A stretch of 64,000 nt of DNA from Marsupella aquatica (GCA_973895155.1 OZ316896.1:23704600-23768599); one strand, 5' to 3'. Shown: positions 36,035 to 49,470, counted from the first letter of the stretch. Notes: a model not told the origin generated them from the sequence alone. Program-made: numbers and translations.

Positions 36035-39000
36035 TGTGGTGCGTCCCATGGCTCCCTAAAACCAAGAAACCCCCCAGCTCAAGCCGATTCCCGCAGGTTT
36101 CACGCTTGGCGAGGCCGTTTCCGCGGCTTAGCGGCATGGGACGCTGCTAACCTTCTACTACTACTGTTAACATTTTACACACATATACTGGACAGATCCT
36201 TCATCGGTCATGAGATACGTAGCCGGCCTAATCTAGGCCTTCCCCTGTCTTCCCCTCCGTCTTGTTAGGTATGTTTGGATTCCGCCGCCGGAATGATCCC
36301 CAATAGGCTTGGTTAAGCCGCTAAGACCTCTCTCAGCTCGACACATCCAACTCTCACTCCCCTGCTTACTTTCCTTCCTTTTGGTTGATGTGGGCACTCT
36401 TCACACAAGTTAATGCGACACACAAATAGCAAAATGACTCATTCTGACTGAGTCATACCATGCACTTGCCATACAAACAGTACATCTCATACACAAGCTC
36501 TGCGAACTAAGCCGTGAGGCCAACTCTATTCAGCCCTTAGGCATGAGGAAACATGAATATACACAAGGGTCACTGTATGACTAACCGAGAGCTTCTCGTA
36601 CTACTTGATCCCAGCCCGGCTGGTGCAAACTAAAAACTTGCTAAAGAAGAGGCCCTGAGCTCCCCGCTGCCCAGGTACTTATCCTGGTAGTGGATCCGCC
36701 ATTCTTTGCATCGTAAGCCTAATCTACTTAACAGTAATCTACTTGCCCGAATCTACCTATGTACAGCAAGGCAGGAGCACAAGTGTTGCTCCTACCAGTG
36801 GAACCGCAATCCCACTAAGCTAAGTGTCAGGGCCGCTCCTGGTCCTGATCCTAATCCTAAACTTGGAGATCAGCGCCCGCCCTGCCCACTCACGCCTCCT
36901 CCCTCCACGTCCGCCCTCCCTAAAAGGAACGGCGCCCTTGCACCGTCACGACACCGGTGGAGGATCCTTAATGGACGCCCCCAACGCTTCCTCCTCAGCC
37001 ACTGCCGTAGGTTCATTCTCTGACAGATTACCTGCCCTTGACTGAGTCAACTCTCCATCGGCCTGACTGGGTCCACCATCGGCGTCGACATCGGCTCGGG
37101 AATCGGTTACGGCCTCAGCCTCGGCTACGGTCTCCCCGGCCTGCTCAAGAGGCGGATCTGGAATACCGGCCTCATTACTGAGTAGTTCGGCTTGGGCCGC
37201 ACCACCCCCACTTGTGATGATAGCGGGATCTATTGCCGTATTCATGCCGGAGGATGGTGCTGGTTCTACCTCCTTGGTCACCACGGCTTGTGGAGTCGGA
37301 TTACTCCTTGACCCTGAAGGTTTCCGCTTTTTCTTCTTTTCTGGTTCGGCAGCTGGTCCCTTCCCCTTCCCACTTACTTCCGGCACTGGTGCAGGTGGCA
37401 CGGCTTTTTCTTCGGCCAGTACCACTCCTGGTAACTTGGTTGCCCCAATTGGAGTTGGGCCTGATGAAGACAAGCACTTAAATACTGCGGCTTGTTTCTT
37501 CAGCCGCTCCGTTTGGTTGTCGGCCCGCCGCTGGAGGTTCTCCATCTTCCTCGTGATTTCCTCCAACTCCTCCTGGGTCTCATCCAGGTCCTTGCGTGCC
37601 TCCTCTAGTTCCTTTTGGGCTTCCTCCCGTTCTTGTTTCAAGGTAGTCCTCTCCTCCCGGGTTGCTCTTAGCTCCTTGTCGAGCTCTGCAATGATGACAG
37701 ACTCCATCTGGTTCATCTTGGCATAAGTCTGTTCGAGCATCTCGTCCTTCTCCCTTAGGTCGGCCTTGAAGTTGGCCGTCAGGGACGCAAGCTCCTGCTG
37801 CAGCGCCATAATCCCTTGATAGGATTTCCCTAACTCGGCCTCCTTCTGCTCAAGGGCTCCGCGGATTTTCTCGAGCTCCCCCTTCAACGCCCATTCCTTT
37901 CTTTGGGTCTCCGCCATGGCCCGGCTGTTGGCTGTTATGTGGGCCTCCTATGTATTCTTCAGCTCTTGCTTCCACTTCTCCCTCTCTTTGATCGTGTCGG
38001 CCAACTCTCCCTGTGTCTGAGTCAGTTTATCCTTGATATTCTGATTATCAGCCTGCGCGGTGTCCAACTGCCCCTGCATGATGTTCAGCTCATGCCGTTT
38101 AATCCGCAGTTCATCTTGGGCTTTCTTGGCCGCCCTTAGATCTTCAATCTCGGCTTCCATCCTCCTAAGCCGCTGAATGACCTCGTCCTTCTTGCTTCTC
38201 TCTAAAGCCACCGCTTCTTCTAATTGGTGCTTCTCCAACTGCTCCCTATGGAAAAAGGGTCCTACCTCCAACTCCTCTCCAAAGATGCCGAGCGCAAGTT
38301 CCCCACACATCTCACCATACTCCATGGCTCTATTCTTAGCGTAGGTGGAGTAAGTAGAAGTGATCGCCATCGCCCATCGCGGCCTCTGCTCCCAAGCCGT
38401 CTTGTGGATCTCTTCAATCGTGGCTAGAGGTTTGCTTCCTTTTTTGGCTAGCCGCCTGATGTCCTCCGGCCAATCTCCTCCTGGTAAATCCTTTTCCCTA
38501 GCCAGGGCTGCCTCCTCTTCCTGCCTGATTCGCTCCTGAAATTCCTGCGCCGTCTGTTTTATGTCGTCGAAGCTCGGGGGAGCAACATCTGGTGGGGGAG
38601 ACTCAGGGCTACTCTGCTGGTTGGGGTCCCCTCGCACTACCCTTGGAAGTGTGGGGACAAACCGGCCACAGGTCCTTACTCCTGGAACGTGATGGTCCAA
38701 CCCATAGCCGGAATTATCATGGCTGCAGTCCTCCACTGCCTCCTCTACTTCTTGGACGTCCGGCTTCTCCCTCTCCTCTTCGTCGGTAGGAGCTTCAGGC
38801 AATTCTGCCTCAGATTCGGAGCTTGAGATTCCCACATACATTCGAACACCTAGCTTGGATTCCGGCCTGATTCTCTCCTTGTCTCTAGCAAAGGGGTTTT
38901 CTCTTGTGAGCCGGTGTAGGCCTACCTCTGTAGTAGTGTCCTACATTGTTGTCGTTGCCGTTGTTGTTGCCGATGCCGATTTCTTTTCTTTCTCCAGTAG

Positions 39001-40693
39001 TTTCAGCAGACTCTGCATGCCTGGTTGCTGCATCGGCAAGTCCTCCTTCCTGGGCCTAAACACCTGCTCGATCGTAGGGCTAACAGGTGGTTGAGGCTTC
39101 TCAGCCAACGGCCTCGGCGTTGGAGCTTCCTCGGGTGCCCTTACCTGCAGGGGAAGTACTGGGGCAAAAGTCTGACCTCTGGCATACCGGCACAACAGCG
39201 GCATGTGATAGCCAAGCCGCGACATGCTCCCCATGCCGATTACCTGCTGCTCCTCCTTTAAGATCTTCTTCAATTGGTTGAGGAGGTACCCGTTGTAGTC
39301 CCGGCTTGGGTCTGGCCTCTCTGCCAGATAGACCTGTGCCTTGCCGATCTCTGCCCTCGGCAAGTTACAATGCATGGTCACCCGCAAGAAGTCGATCATC
39401 TCTCCTATGTGCGGGTTGGTGCAGGTGTTCCAGAAGAAGCCATTCTTCGTTGATGGCCCGGGGAACGACCGGAACTCCTTGTCAGGCAAGGTCTTCCTGG
39501 TATCAACTTTGGTCTTATTGCCTATCGGCAAGCCAAACACTTCGGCAATTACCTTGGGAGTAAGATAGAAATCCTTCCCATATATCCTCGTGCAATTGGT
39601 CTCGGGTTCCCATGACCCCACGAATTCTAATAGGTCTGACTCCGGTACCTCCGGCTTCAGCCATGGTAATCTTACAAAGGCCTCTAAGCCGGATCCGGCC
39701 ATGAAGCCTTGATACTTCTTGGTCTGCATGGCCGTAAAGCATGCATCCTCCTCCCGTGCAAATGTAGTTGCACTTCCACCGGTAGGGTTGCCGCCCAGCC
39801 CTTCCAGGTGTCATCCCTGGTTGGAATGGCCTTGATGGGATCGACCTCCTCCTCTTCGGCTTCTCCCTGCCTCCTGCTCTGCTGCTCGGCTGGCTTCTTT
39901 GGTGCCGCCGACCTCGTTCTTTTTGCCCGGGTGGCTTCATCGTTGACGGCTCCCTTCCTCTTCATCTCTGCTGCCGTGGAGGTTTCTCCTAGCACCGTTG
40001 CCTGGGTCCACCTTTCCGTGCTACCCTTTAATTCCCAGTGTATGTCGTTGCAGTTCTTGATGGCCTCTCGGATGCCGACGACGTTGTCTTTGCAAAACAG
40101 AAGATCGTCGAGTTGATTGGAAGTAGGCGTCCACAGGAACTCGTCCTTGATGAGTTGGCCTCCTAAGAAAGCCATCTTCTGCAGCTCCCACAATCGAGCG
40201 AGCTCCTGCCGTTCTCGAGCTGCCCTTTCTGATTCCTCGTCCTTGTAAGTCTTGATGTACTCAGTTGCCCGTTCGAACAGGCATCCCCAGAAATGTGCCG
40301 CTTGATTGACGTTGCTCATACCCTCCTTAGGTCGATCGTCGGTATCTACTCTCTCCCCGAGTGCTTGCCTAAGCAGCTGACAGTAGTTGGCCTCCCGTAG
40401 TCGTTTGCCTAGTTCGTGCTCGCAAATGAGCCACCATCTCCTGCAAGCGCTCCTTACCCCTCTCCTCTGCCGGTCCTTCTTCCCGTTGATCCTTCCTAGC
40501 CGCCGACGCTTAACGCGCCCTAACCCTAATCGAGTTTTCACCCTTAGCGTCCTTACCTCCGGCCTCGGCCCGGGTTCCATGGTTGCCCCTAATGGTTTAT
40601 ATTTTCCTTGTTTTGTCCCTATACTAAGGTGTTCCTAGGGTGCCTTCCTGCTTTACCCACTTAACTGGCCGAGTGATTCCTGTCTAGGCATCA
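36035..40693 (-). repeat. Giant ORF-containing Gypsy 3' LTR, copy B (~4.66 kb)
   Basis: On the minus strand it begins TGATGCCTAG directly after PPT-like AAGTGGGGAA at the end of pol and ends ...GCACCACA. Both ends coincide with the homology limits to copy A. Confidence 0.82.
36946..40580 (-). pseudogene. Giant-LTR ORF, copy B (~1200 codons reconstructed; plant-mobile-domain/Transposase_32-like segment plus long coiled coil)
   Basis: Four ORFs (298, 262, 297 and 323 aa) are joined by one 1-nt deletion near 39762 (in frame in copy A) and two in-frame TAGs (38941, 37948). Segment SGLEAFV...LLEFVGSW...IYGKDFYLTPKVIAEVFGLP. Confidence 0.82.
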
Positions 40694-43635
40694 CATAGTT
40701 CCCCACTTAATTGTGAAGCGTCCTCGCGAACCACTTCATCTTCGTCCATATAGTATTTCTTGAGGCGGTCATAATGGATGCGAACTGGATATACCTCTCC
40801 CGTAATGTTGGCCAATTGTACGGAGCCATTGGGGAACATCATGGTTACTCTAAAGGGTCCTAACCAGCGAGTGTAAAGCTTTCCTGGAAACCTACTATAC
40901 CTACTGTCATAAAGTAGCACAAGATCACCGGTGTGAATACTAACTACTTTCAACTTTTTATCATACTGCTGCTTCATGATATTCTGTCTATATTCTACTC
41001 TCTCGGCTGAAATCATTCTCGCCTCCTCTAAAGCTTCTAACCTATATTCTCACTCCTTTAGGCTCTCCTCCGCTGAGGCTCTTTCCTCAATTGTAACTTG
41101 AAATGTCGGTATCTCAAGTTGCATGGGTACCAGGGCTTCTTGTCCAAAGGTTAAGAAGAAGGGTGTATGACTGGTAGTGGATTTATAGGCAAGATTGTAA
41201 GCAAAAACAGCAGCAAACAATTTATCATCCCAATCGAGTTTGTTTAGAGCTACTGTCTTGTTCAATATCTTTTCTATAATTCCGTTTGCTCGTTCTGTCA
41301 ACCCATTTGCCTTTGGATGGTAGGGAGTAGTAGGCCTATGTTTAACTAAATACTGCTCATTTAAACGACTAATTATATCATTCAAAAAATGGGTTCCTCT
41401 ATCACTAACTAATTCTAGGGGTGCTCCATACCTGGTGAAGATCTGCTCATACATGAATCTAGCCGTAGTAATTGCATCATCCTTCGTTGTTGGTCTGGCC
41501 TCTACCCATTTAGTTGCATAATCCGTAGCCAAGATTATGTACTTGTTTCGTCGAGGGTGGGTCAGTGGTTTCAGAGGTCCAATGTAATCAATACCCCACT
41601 TCTCGAATGGTGCCAGAGGTAGAATAGGGTGCAGTGGATGTCTGGTGGACGCCCTTGGTCCTCCCGCTCGTTGACAAGGATCGCATTGTTTGATAAACTG
41701 ATAGACATCCTTGTGCAAGGTGGGCCACCAGTAACCGGCATTTAATATCTTCTTAGACGTGGTTACTGGGGCAAAATGTCCTCCGGCCTCCTCTCCATGC
41801 ATGGCCCGTAGGACTCGTTTTACCTCTCTCTTTTCCAAACACCTTTGAATTGTGCCGTTGATTCCATGCTTGTGCAGTATGCCTTTAATGCACTGATACT
41901 GTCTGACCTTCCGCACAAAGACTGCGGCTTGCTCTCGGCTTAATCCTGGCTGTAATCTGGAAGTGCTGAGAAATTGTAAAATCTCAGGGTACCATGTATC
42001 AACTATTTCCACAACGAATAGCTCCTCGTCGGGGAATCGATCATCGATGCAATCCGTGGCAGGTTCACCTGTGATCCTTGAAAAGAAGTCGGCATTGGCG
42101 TGTAACTTTCCCGGCTTGATCCTCAGCTCATAGTCAAACTCCTGTAATAGCAAAATCCATCTTGCTACTCTGCCTGTAAGGTCCGGCTTATTGACTAGGT
42201 ACTTCAAACTTTCATGATCGGTATGAAAGATTACCTTGTACCCTAGTAAATAATGCCTAAACTTTTTACAAGAATAAATGACTCCTAATGCTTCTCTCTC
42301 TGTGGTGGAGTAGTTCCGTTCGGCATCGGCAAGCTGACGGCTTGCGAAGTATATGGGATGGTCCCTTCCTTTCTCATCCAACTGACTTAGTACTGAGCCA
42401 ATACAGAAGCCCGAGACATCTACAAAAACATGAAAATCTTTGTTCCAGTCCGGTGCTATCATGACTGGGGCCTCGACTAACATCTGCTTCAATTCTACCA
42501 CCGCTGTGACTCGTTCGGGTGTGGGTTCGAAGTCTGCTCCTGCCTTGAGCATGTTGGTTAATGGTAAAGCTAGCTTGGCAAAATCCTTGATGAACCGGCG
42601 ATAGTAACCAATGCATCCCAAGAAGGATCTTACATCCTTTATGTTCTTAGGTTGCATGATATCTAGCCATACTGCTAGCTTACCTTTGTCAATCTCAATG
42701 CCCTTCCTTGATACCTTGTGACCTAGTAGCACCCCCTCGGTTACTGCAAAGAAACATTTATCTGGGTGTAACTTGAGACCCACCTCTCTACATCTCATGA
42801 AGGTTTTCCTGAGGTATTTAGCATGTTTCGATGCCTTCCCGAATACTGCAAAGTCATCAATGAAGATTTCCATGAACTTTCTCAAGTAATCATGAAAAAT
42901 GTTCACCATTAATCGTTGAAACATAGCTGGTGCGTTGCAGAGTCCAAACGGCATACGATTGAAGACATAGATCCCCCATTCCGTGATGAAGGCCGTCTTG
43001 ATTTGGTCTTCCTGCCGAATCCTGATTTGGTTATAACCAGAGTATCCATCCATGAATGAATATAGTTCATGACTGGCTACCATGTCTAGTACCATATCAG
43101 TAAACGGTAAAGGAAAATGGTCTTTTAATGTTGCTTCATTCAGCTTCCTGTAATCTTGACAAACCCGGATCTTGGGTTTACCATCGGGTCCAGCTTTCTT
43201 GGGAACTATCACAATTGGAGACACCCAGTCTGAATGCAGGACTGGAGTGATGAATCCAGCTTCCACTAGTTTGTCGATTTCTGTTTGGACCAGCAGGGAA
43301 TACTTCGGGTTCATCCTTCGAATTGGTTGTCGAAATGATTTGGCTCCTAACATGAGATCAATTCGATGTTCCCCTAGTGTTGGATCTACTCCCTTTAGAT
43401 CTTGGTGACTCCATGCAAACACATCCTGAAATTCAATCAATAAGTCACTGATCTCTTTCTCGAGCTCAGGTGCTAGGTTTCTCCCTAAGTTCAGTTCTCT
43501 TCCCTCTCCTAAGTCGAGCTTCCGATATTGCCGTGCTTGGATCATATTAATCTGCTTCTTCAAATTTGGGTCCAGTTCGGCTTCCAGTCTCTCCAATCTC
43601 ATACCTCCATAAACTGGAATCTCGGCTGGACTCAA
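40684..43635 (-). pseudogene. pol: Ty3/Gypsy (non-chromovirus, Athila/Tat-like) pol: RT-RNaseH-integrase, 5'-truncated, one in-frame stop at 41050
   Basis: DHFPLPF, MDGYSGYNQI, MPFGLCNAPA, FIDDF, DVSGFCIG, KWGIDYIGP, YHPKANGLTER and the GPF module (RWLGPF); no gag or protease upstream. Confidence 0.95.
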
Positions 43636-44795
43636 TTAGAGTTGCCGTGCATTTAGATTTAGACTCAATTAGAGTTGCCGCGCATCGATGGACCAAGAGG
43701 GGGTTGCCTGGACCAGAGCGGGGTTAGGGCCATAACTTTTAGGCCCCAATGCCACAATTTGTGCTTGAGGCCAAGTTACGAAAGGTTTGTGATTATCTTC
43801 GTTTCGAGCTAAGTGGCGGGGCCCATGGACCCTCGGGTAGGGGGCCAAAGATAGGAGACCAAAGTTGGTCCGGGGGTGGCAGGTCCCCAAAAGCATATAT
43901 GAAGGGAGTGGTCCTCTCAAGTTTGAGCTCGAGCTGATCGCGATCGACGAAGTTACGTCGTTTCAAGTTTTGAAGCGGAAACAAGCATAACTCAACGACC
44001 GGATCTCCGTTGGGGGAGTTCTTGGGCTTGTTGGAAAGCTAATGAAGAAAGCTACCTCATATGCTCTCTGATTGTGCATTGGATGGTTTTGGTTTTGAGG
44101 CTTGCAATGGGGGGAGTCCCTCTTGCCGATCCGAAGTCGAACAGTGACCAAACCGCATTTGGTTCCCACGAGGACCTGATGTTGGAGAGGTAGAACCAAG
44201 TAGACTTTGGGGGCTGCCGTTGAGATCTGGTCCCGATGCATGGTGAGAGGTTGAGCGGAACCCGGTTTCGCCGAGAGGTGGCTAAGATCTAGAAATTGAA
44301 TGATCCCGACGTGTTACTACTAGTTTATGACAAACTAAGTTTGGGCCATGGGCATGTCCTGGAGGCAGGGCGGTTAGCCATTGACGGGTAGAAAGTGGGG
44401 AAGCTTGGGCGACATCCGGTAGATAGACTGTTCCGGACGAACAGTGATGCCGACCTTAGTGTCAGCTTATGGCAAGGCCATGCGGGCCTGGAAGGCTCTA
44501 TCCGCTGACCTACTTACTAATGATTATTGAGCTTGATGCAAGACAATGGTCTTGGGATTTCTGAGATCAAGACGGGTTCTTACCGGTTGGTTGGTTGCTT
44601 GTGCAGATAGCAAAGACCGTTGAGCGACGGTTGTGCTGACGAGGGCAAGTGCGGCTTCTTATGGGAGGGGTTGCTAACGACAAGGAGTATAGTTGGAGAG
44701 AACTTGCCCCAACATTCCGTATTAGTGCAAGGTTTGAATTATTTCAAGGCTGAGAAACGAGTTTGGACGGGCACGTGGTGGGAGGGCCACCACTC

Positions 44796-46920
44796 ATGGC
44801 TTGGTAGTTTTTGGAAGTGATGCATATGCTCTCACACCGAAGCAGAATAGGACCAAGTTGGATCCTACCTCCAAGAAATGTGTTTTTCTTGGGTACCAGA
44901 GTGGTGTGAAAGCCTATAGGCTATGGGATCCTATTGCCTGTAAGCTCGTTGTCAGTAGAGATGTTTCCTTCAATGAATCCAAATTATTGAAGGAGGGGGA
45001 GAATACTCAGGTCTCCCGTACTGACAAAGGAAATCTCCTATCCCGGATCTCGTTGAGGGGGAGATTGGTCATGAAGTGCATGACCGGAGAGAAGGAGTTG
45101 CTCCAATTATGGAGTTGGTTCCTATGCCAGAGGAACCAGAGGAGTTTGTTGATGCTGGTGAGCAGCAAGTGGATGCTGCTGAGCTTCAAATTGTACCAGC
45201 ACACGCAAATCAACCGGAGTCATCGGCTAGAAGAACATCTGGTCGCACTATACGCGCTCCACCAAGGTATGGATAGTGGGTTGATTCATCTCAGTTGCAA
45301 GAGGAGGATTTTGTTACTGATGATGAGGGTGATGCGTTGATACTTGAAGAAGGGGAACCTTCTTCATTTCATGAGGCAAGTGCTTCTAAGGAGAAGCAGG
45401 AGTGGACTGCAGCAATCCAAACGGAGATGCAGTCACTGAAGGACAACAAAACTTGGGAGCTTGTCAAGCTGCCTGGGGGACAACAAGTGGTGGACAGCAA
45501 GTGGATATACAAGCTGAAGGATCAATCCATGGGAGGTGGATTGAAGGTCTACAAGGCTAGGTTGGTAGCCAAGGGATTCACACAGGAAAAAGGTGTGGAT
45601 TACAATGAGGTCTTCTCACCGGTTGCTAAGTACTCAACAATACAACTATTGTGTGTGCTTGTTGTTATGTTTGGTCTGCTGCTAGATCAGATGGATGTTG
45701 TCACAGCTTTCCTCTATGGCACCTTGGAAGAGGTGATTTTCATGAGACAGCCGCTAGGTTTTGTGAAGAAAGGGCAAGAGGATTTGGTTTGCAGATTACT
45801 GAGATCCTTGTACGGGTTGAAGCAATCACCAAGGCAGTGGAATAAGCGGTTTGATGATTGGATTCATGCACAAGGCTTTCACAGGAGTGTGTTTGACCCA
45901 TGTGTGTATCTTAAACCGGTGAAGAATGTTGTCTTTGGGTTCATTATTTTAGTACTTTATGTGGATGACATGCTTATTGCTGCCAAGGATAGATCTGAGA
46001 TTGTTAAGCTCAAGGCACTGCTAAGTGCAGAGTTTAAGATGAAGGACTTAGGGCCAGCTAAGAGGATTTTGGGTATGGAGATCACTAGGGACTTGGAGGC
46101 TGGCAGGCTATGGTTGACGCAGAGCAGTTATGCGAGGAAGGTAATTGCAAGGTTCAACATGGGGGATAGCAAGCTAGTAAGTACCCCGTTGGCTCCACAC
46201 TTCAAGTTGTCATCAGCTTTCTGTCCTACGGATGACACAGAGAAGGGGTTGATGTCAAAGGTTCCGTATGACAAGGCAATGGAGAGTCTCATGTATTTGA
46301 TGACTTGCACTAGACCTGATCTTGCCATGGCCATGGGCAAGGTGAGCAGGTACATGTCGAATCCAGGGAAGGTACACTAGGAAGCAGTGAAGTGGATTAT
46401 TCAGTATTTGAAGGGTACCGTGGATCATGGTCTACTGTTTGATGCACATGCTGATAATGCTAGATCATTGATGGGCTATGTAGATGCTGACTATGCACAG
46501 GATCTGGATCGGAGGAGGTCAACAACAGGTTATGTGTTCACACTGGGAGGTCAACTTTGCAGAAGTGTATTGCTCAGTCTACTACAGAAGCGGAGTATGT
46601 TGCAGCAGCGGAAGCAGCAAAGGAAGCGATTTGGTTGGATAGACTTATCATTGAGATGGGATTGCCACAGGGGAATATGAAGCTCTATTGTGATAGTCAG
46701 AGTGCACTCCACCTTGCTGTGAACCAGGTGATGGACAGCAAAGTGAAGCACATCGACGTCAGGTACCATTTTATCAGGCAAGCTGTGTTTGATAATATGC
46801 TTGAGCTAGTTAAGATTGACGGTAAACTCAACCCGGCTGACGCTTTTACCAAAGTGATTCTTTTGGAGAGTTTTTCTAGGCACCGTGATGTGTTGTAGGT
46901 TTTGCAATTGCCTCACAAGT
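44796..46920 (+). pseudogene. pol: Copia copy 2 pol, 3' part (IN C-terminus, RT, RNase H)
   Basis: FGSDAY, KCVFLGY, YKARLVAKGF, YVDDML, DADY, STTEAEY; several stops and frameshifts. Confidence 0.92.
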
Positions 46921-47113
46921 AGGGTTACTTAACAGTTGTGTAGATATTGAGATATGCTCTTGCTCATTCCTTGTATAGGCTACGACTTAGTTATGGTCTA
47001 CTCTCGTATAAAGAGGGAAAACCCAGTTTGGTTTTTCTTTCCAGAACTTCCCGCTGAGCAATCATATTGGTAGCAGTCTTTACCCTCCCCTAGACCAGAG
47101 TCAAGGGGGAGAT

Positions 47114-47454
47114 TGTTAGGTATTTACTCAAGGTCTAGGGTTACGACATGTAACCATAGTTAGACTAACCGTAGTCAGAGACGTGGTTAGGTTAACTAGG
47201 ATGCACACTATATGCCAAGTGATGTTTGCTTGGATAAGTGAAACTTAGGCTCATTGTTATAGAGCCACTTGAGAGATGAGGAGAGCTTACACTGTGGAGA
47301 CTTGGTATGGCCGATGGGCTTAGAGTTCAGTAAAGCTCTCTTGTGTGTTCTTGTGTATGTAGCCTCAAGGAGGTGAACCACGTATCTCGGTGTCGACTAT
47401 TGTGCGTTGGATGTTTCATGGGCTTGCCGTTGCGATCGTTGTTTATGCTCAACA
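47114..47454 (+). repeat. 3' LTR of Copia copy 2
   Basis: 341 bp, preceded by PPT AAGGGGGAGA and followed by TSD ACACT. Confidence 0.95.
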
Positions 47455-47459
47455 ACACT

Positions 47460-49295
47460 GACAACCAAAATCAAAATTTGACGGAAAAGTTATTCAAATT
47501 TTGGTCGGGGTGGGTAAATACTTGGGAAACTCCCTCGTTTTTGACCACCTCAGGGAATAACCAAAATGACAAATACAACCCGTCGTTGGAATCGCAATTC
47601 ATTTGGTGCACCGTGTTGCTAACTTCAATGGCTACGACCTCGCCAAAAAAGAACCAAAAACATTACCGTGTGGCGTGCGTAATCTTTGTCGGACGGACAA
47701 AAAAATTTCTCAGCTTTGTTTTTCAAGAATATTCCCGCACAGTCTGACAAGTCTCATAGGGGGCCGTTCCCCCTGTCCAAGCGGTTAAATCCCGGGGTCA
47801 CCGATCACGGGATAGCCAATGGAAACAAACTGGGGGAAAAACAAAAAATCCGGCCTTAAAAGGGGGTGTTTAAGCCCCTTTGTAAAATCCCTATGTAATG
47901 CTAGGCGCGTACAGGATTGGGGTACGGGGCCGGGCGTAAAGATGGGCATCGGAGCAGTAGGAAGGCGCGACTGTGTACAAATTGTGTACCGCCGCGAAGG
48001 GCCGGTGAGAGGAAAAAAATGGGAGGACGGGGGTCGGGCGGCGGGCTACAGCCCGCAGGTTGCAGGAGGGACGGGGACAAGGCTGCCGCTGGGTGGCTAA
48101 ATCTGTGCCGGCTGGCGCTACGTGAGCTGAATAATACCAGGGGGAGAGGGTTGTTGGTAAGGGGTCGGGAGGGAGTACCGTGTGTGTATACACACCCAAA
48201 ACCTCCCTAAAAGGCCCTTAAAAAAACTTCCTTTGCATAAAAACAAAGTGTTGGGTTACAAACCAAACCGGTGCCGTTTTGCTTGAGAAAAGTGAAGGCC
48301 GCCGATGGGAAAAAGTTGTCAAATTGTGTCGGCACAGTCTGCAAGCTCAGCAAAGAAAAACCTTCCGTCGTACGTATCACACTCACTCCGCGTCAAGTGC
48401 CAATGCCAGACTCAAAATGACCGCTTCTTCGCGATCTCTCCGTTGAGCCATAGCACTTTGTGTTTCTTCTTCCGAGTTGGACGTGATGACAAGAAACCCG
48501 GTTCAGATGGGAACAAGCTCCATAGCTTGTGAAAAAATCTAAACGCCTCTTTCAATTGTCACAACGCACTCTGTAACCACTTGGCAACGACTCAGCTACC
48601 GAAACGACCAGCTCACCACAACCTCCAACTTGAGCTATAGCATGCGATGCCTCCCGCACCGCAAAACACACACCGTTGCAAACATGAACTCTGGTCTCTC
48701 CCCTGAAAAATTATCGAGCATGAAAAACTTCAGAATGACGCAAACTCTGATTCCTCCTCACCACGGATACCAACCAGTGAGTTCTATACACCGATAGAAA
48801 ACCCTCTCACTAATCTATTTGCACAGCCACACACATTCAAGTTTCATGCAACAAAACACCGAATGTAACACCGACAATGAACGCTGGAAAACCGTCACGA
48901 AAAACCTTGTCACCTCCGAGGCATGCTCTGATACCAATTGTTGAGCATAGACGACAATCGTAACGGCAAGCCCATGAACCATCCAATGCACAAGAGTCAA
49001 CACAGAGAGATACGTGGTTCACCTCCACATGAGGCTACGTCCACGGGAACTCACAAGAGCTTTACTGCACTCTAGGCCGACCGGTCATACCAAGCATCCA
49101 CAGCGCAAGCTCTCCCTATCTCTCAACTAGCTCCGTAACAATGAGCCTAAGTTCCCACTCTCCAAGCAAACATTGCTTGGGTATAGAGTGTGCACAACAT
49201 GACTAACCTAACCAAGTATGCGACTAAGGTTAGCCTTAACTATGGTACGGTCGTCACTCTAGACCTAAGAGTAAATCTTAACCGAGATCCTAACA
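47460..49295 (-). mobile_element. Copia copy 3: 5' LTR (48939-49295), PBS (48925-48936) and long leader
   Basis: Reverse complement matches the family LTR, TGGTATCAGAGC and the leader of copy 1 (1-1060). Confidence 0.9.
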
Positions 49296-49470
49296 CGAGT
49301 GCCTGCCTTTGATCTCTTTCACATAACAATTTCTTTTAGATAACTATCTCGACATCTTAAGTAGTGCAAAGGCATCTTTCATGCAACATTTTTATGCTGT
49401 GCAATCCTAAACACAACAATCTCTTTTGTGGAACGATATCTTTTGTATGCAATGAAACCTTTACACAATT

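Larger units (their letters stand above)
31558..47454 (+). mobile_element. Ty1/Copia copy 2 with both LTRs and TSD ACACT, carrying nested insertions
   Basis: 341-bp LTRs at both ends; ACACT at 31553-31557 and 47455-47459; PBS, gag, pol and PPT present. Confidence 0.95.

Noticed and set aside
36946-40580. Calling the LTR-borne ORF an env gene
   Set aside because: No signal peptide or transmembrane segment is visible; the protein is charged and coiled-coil.
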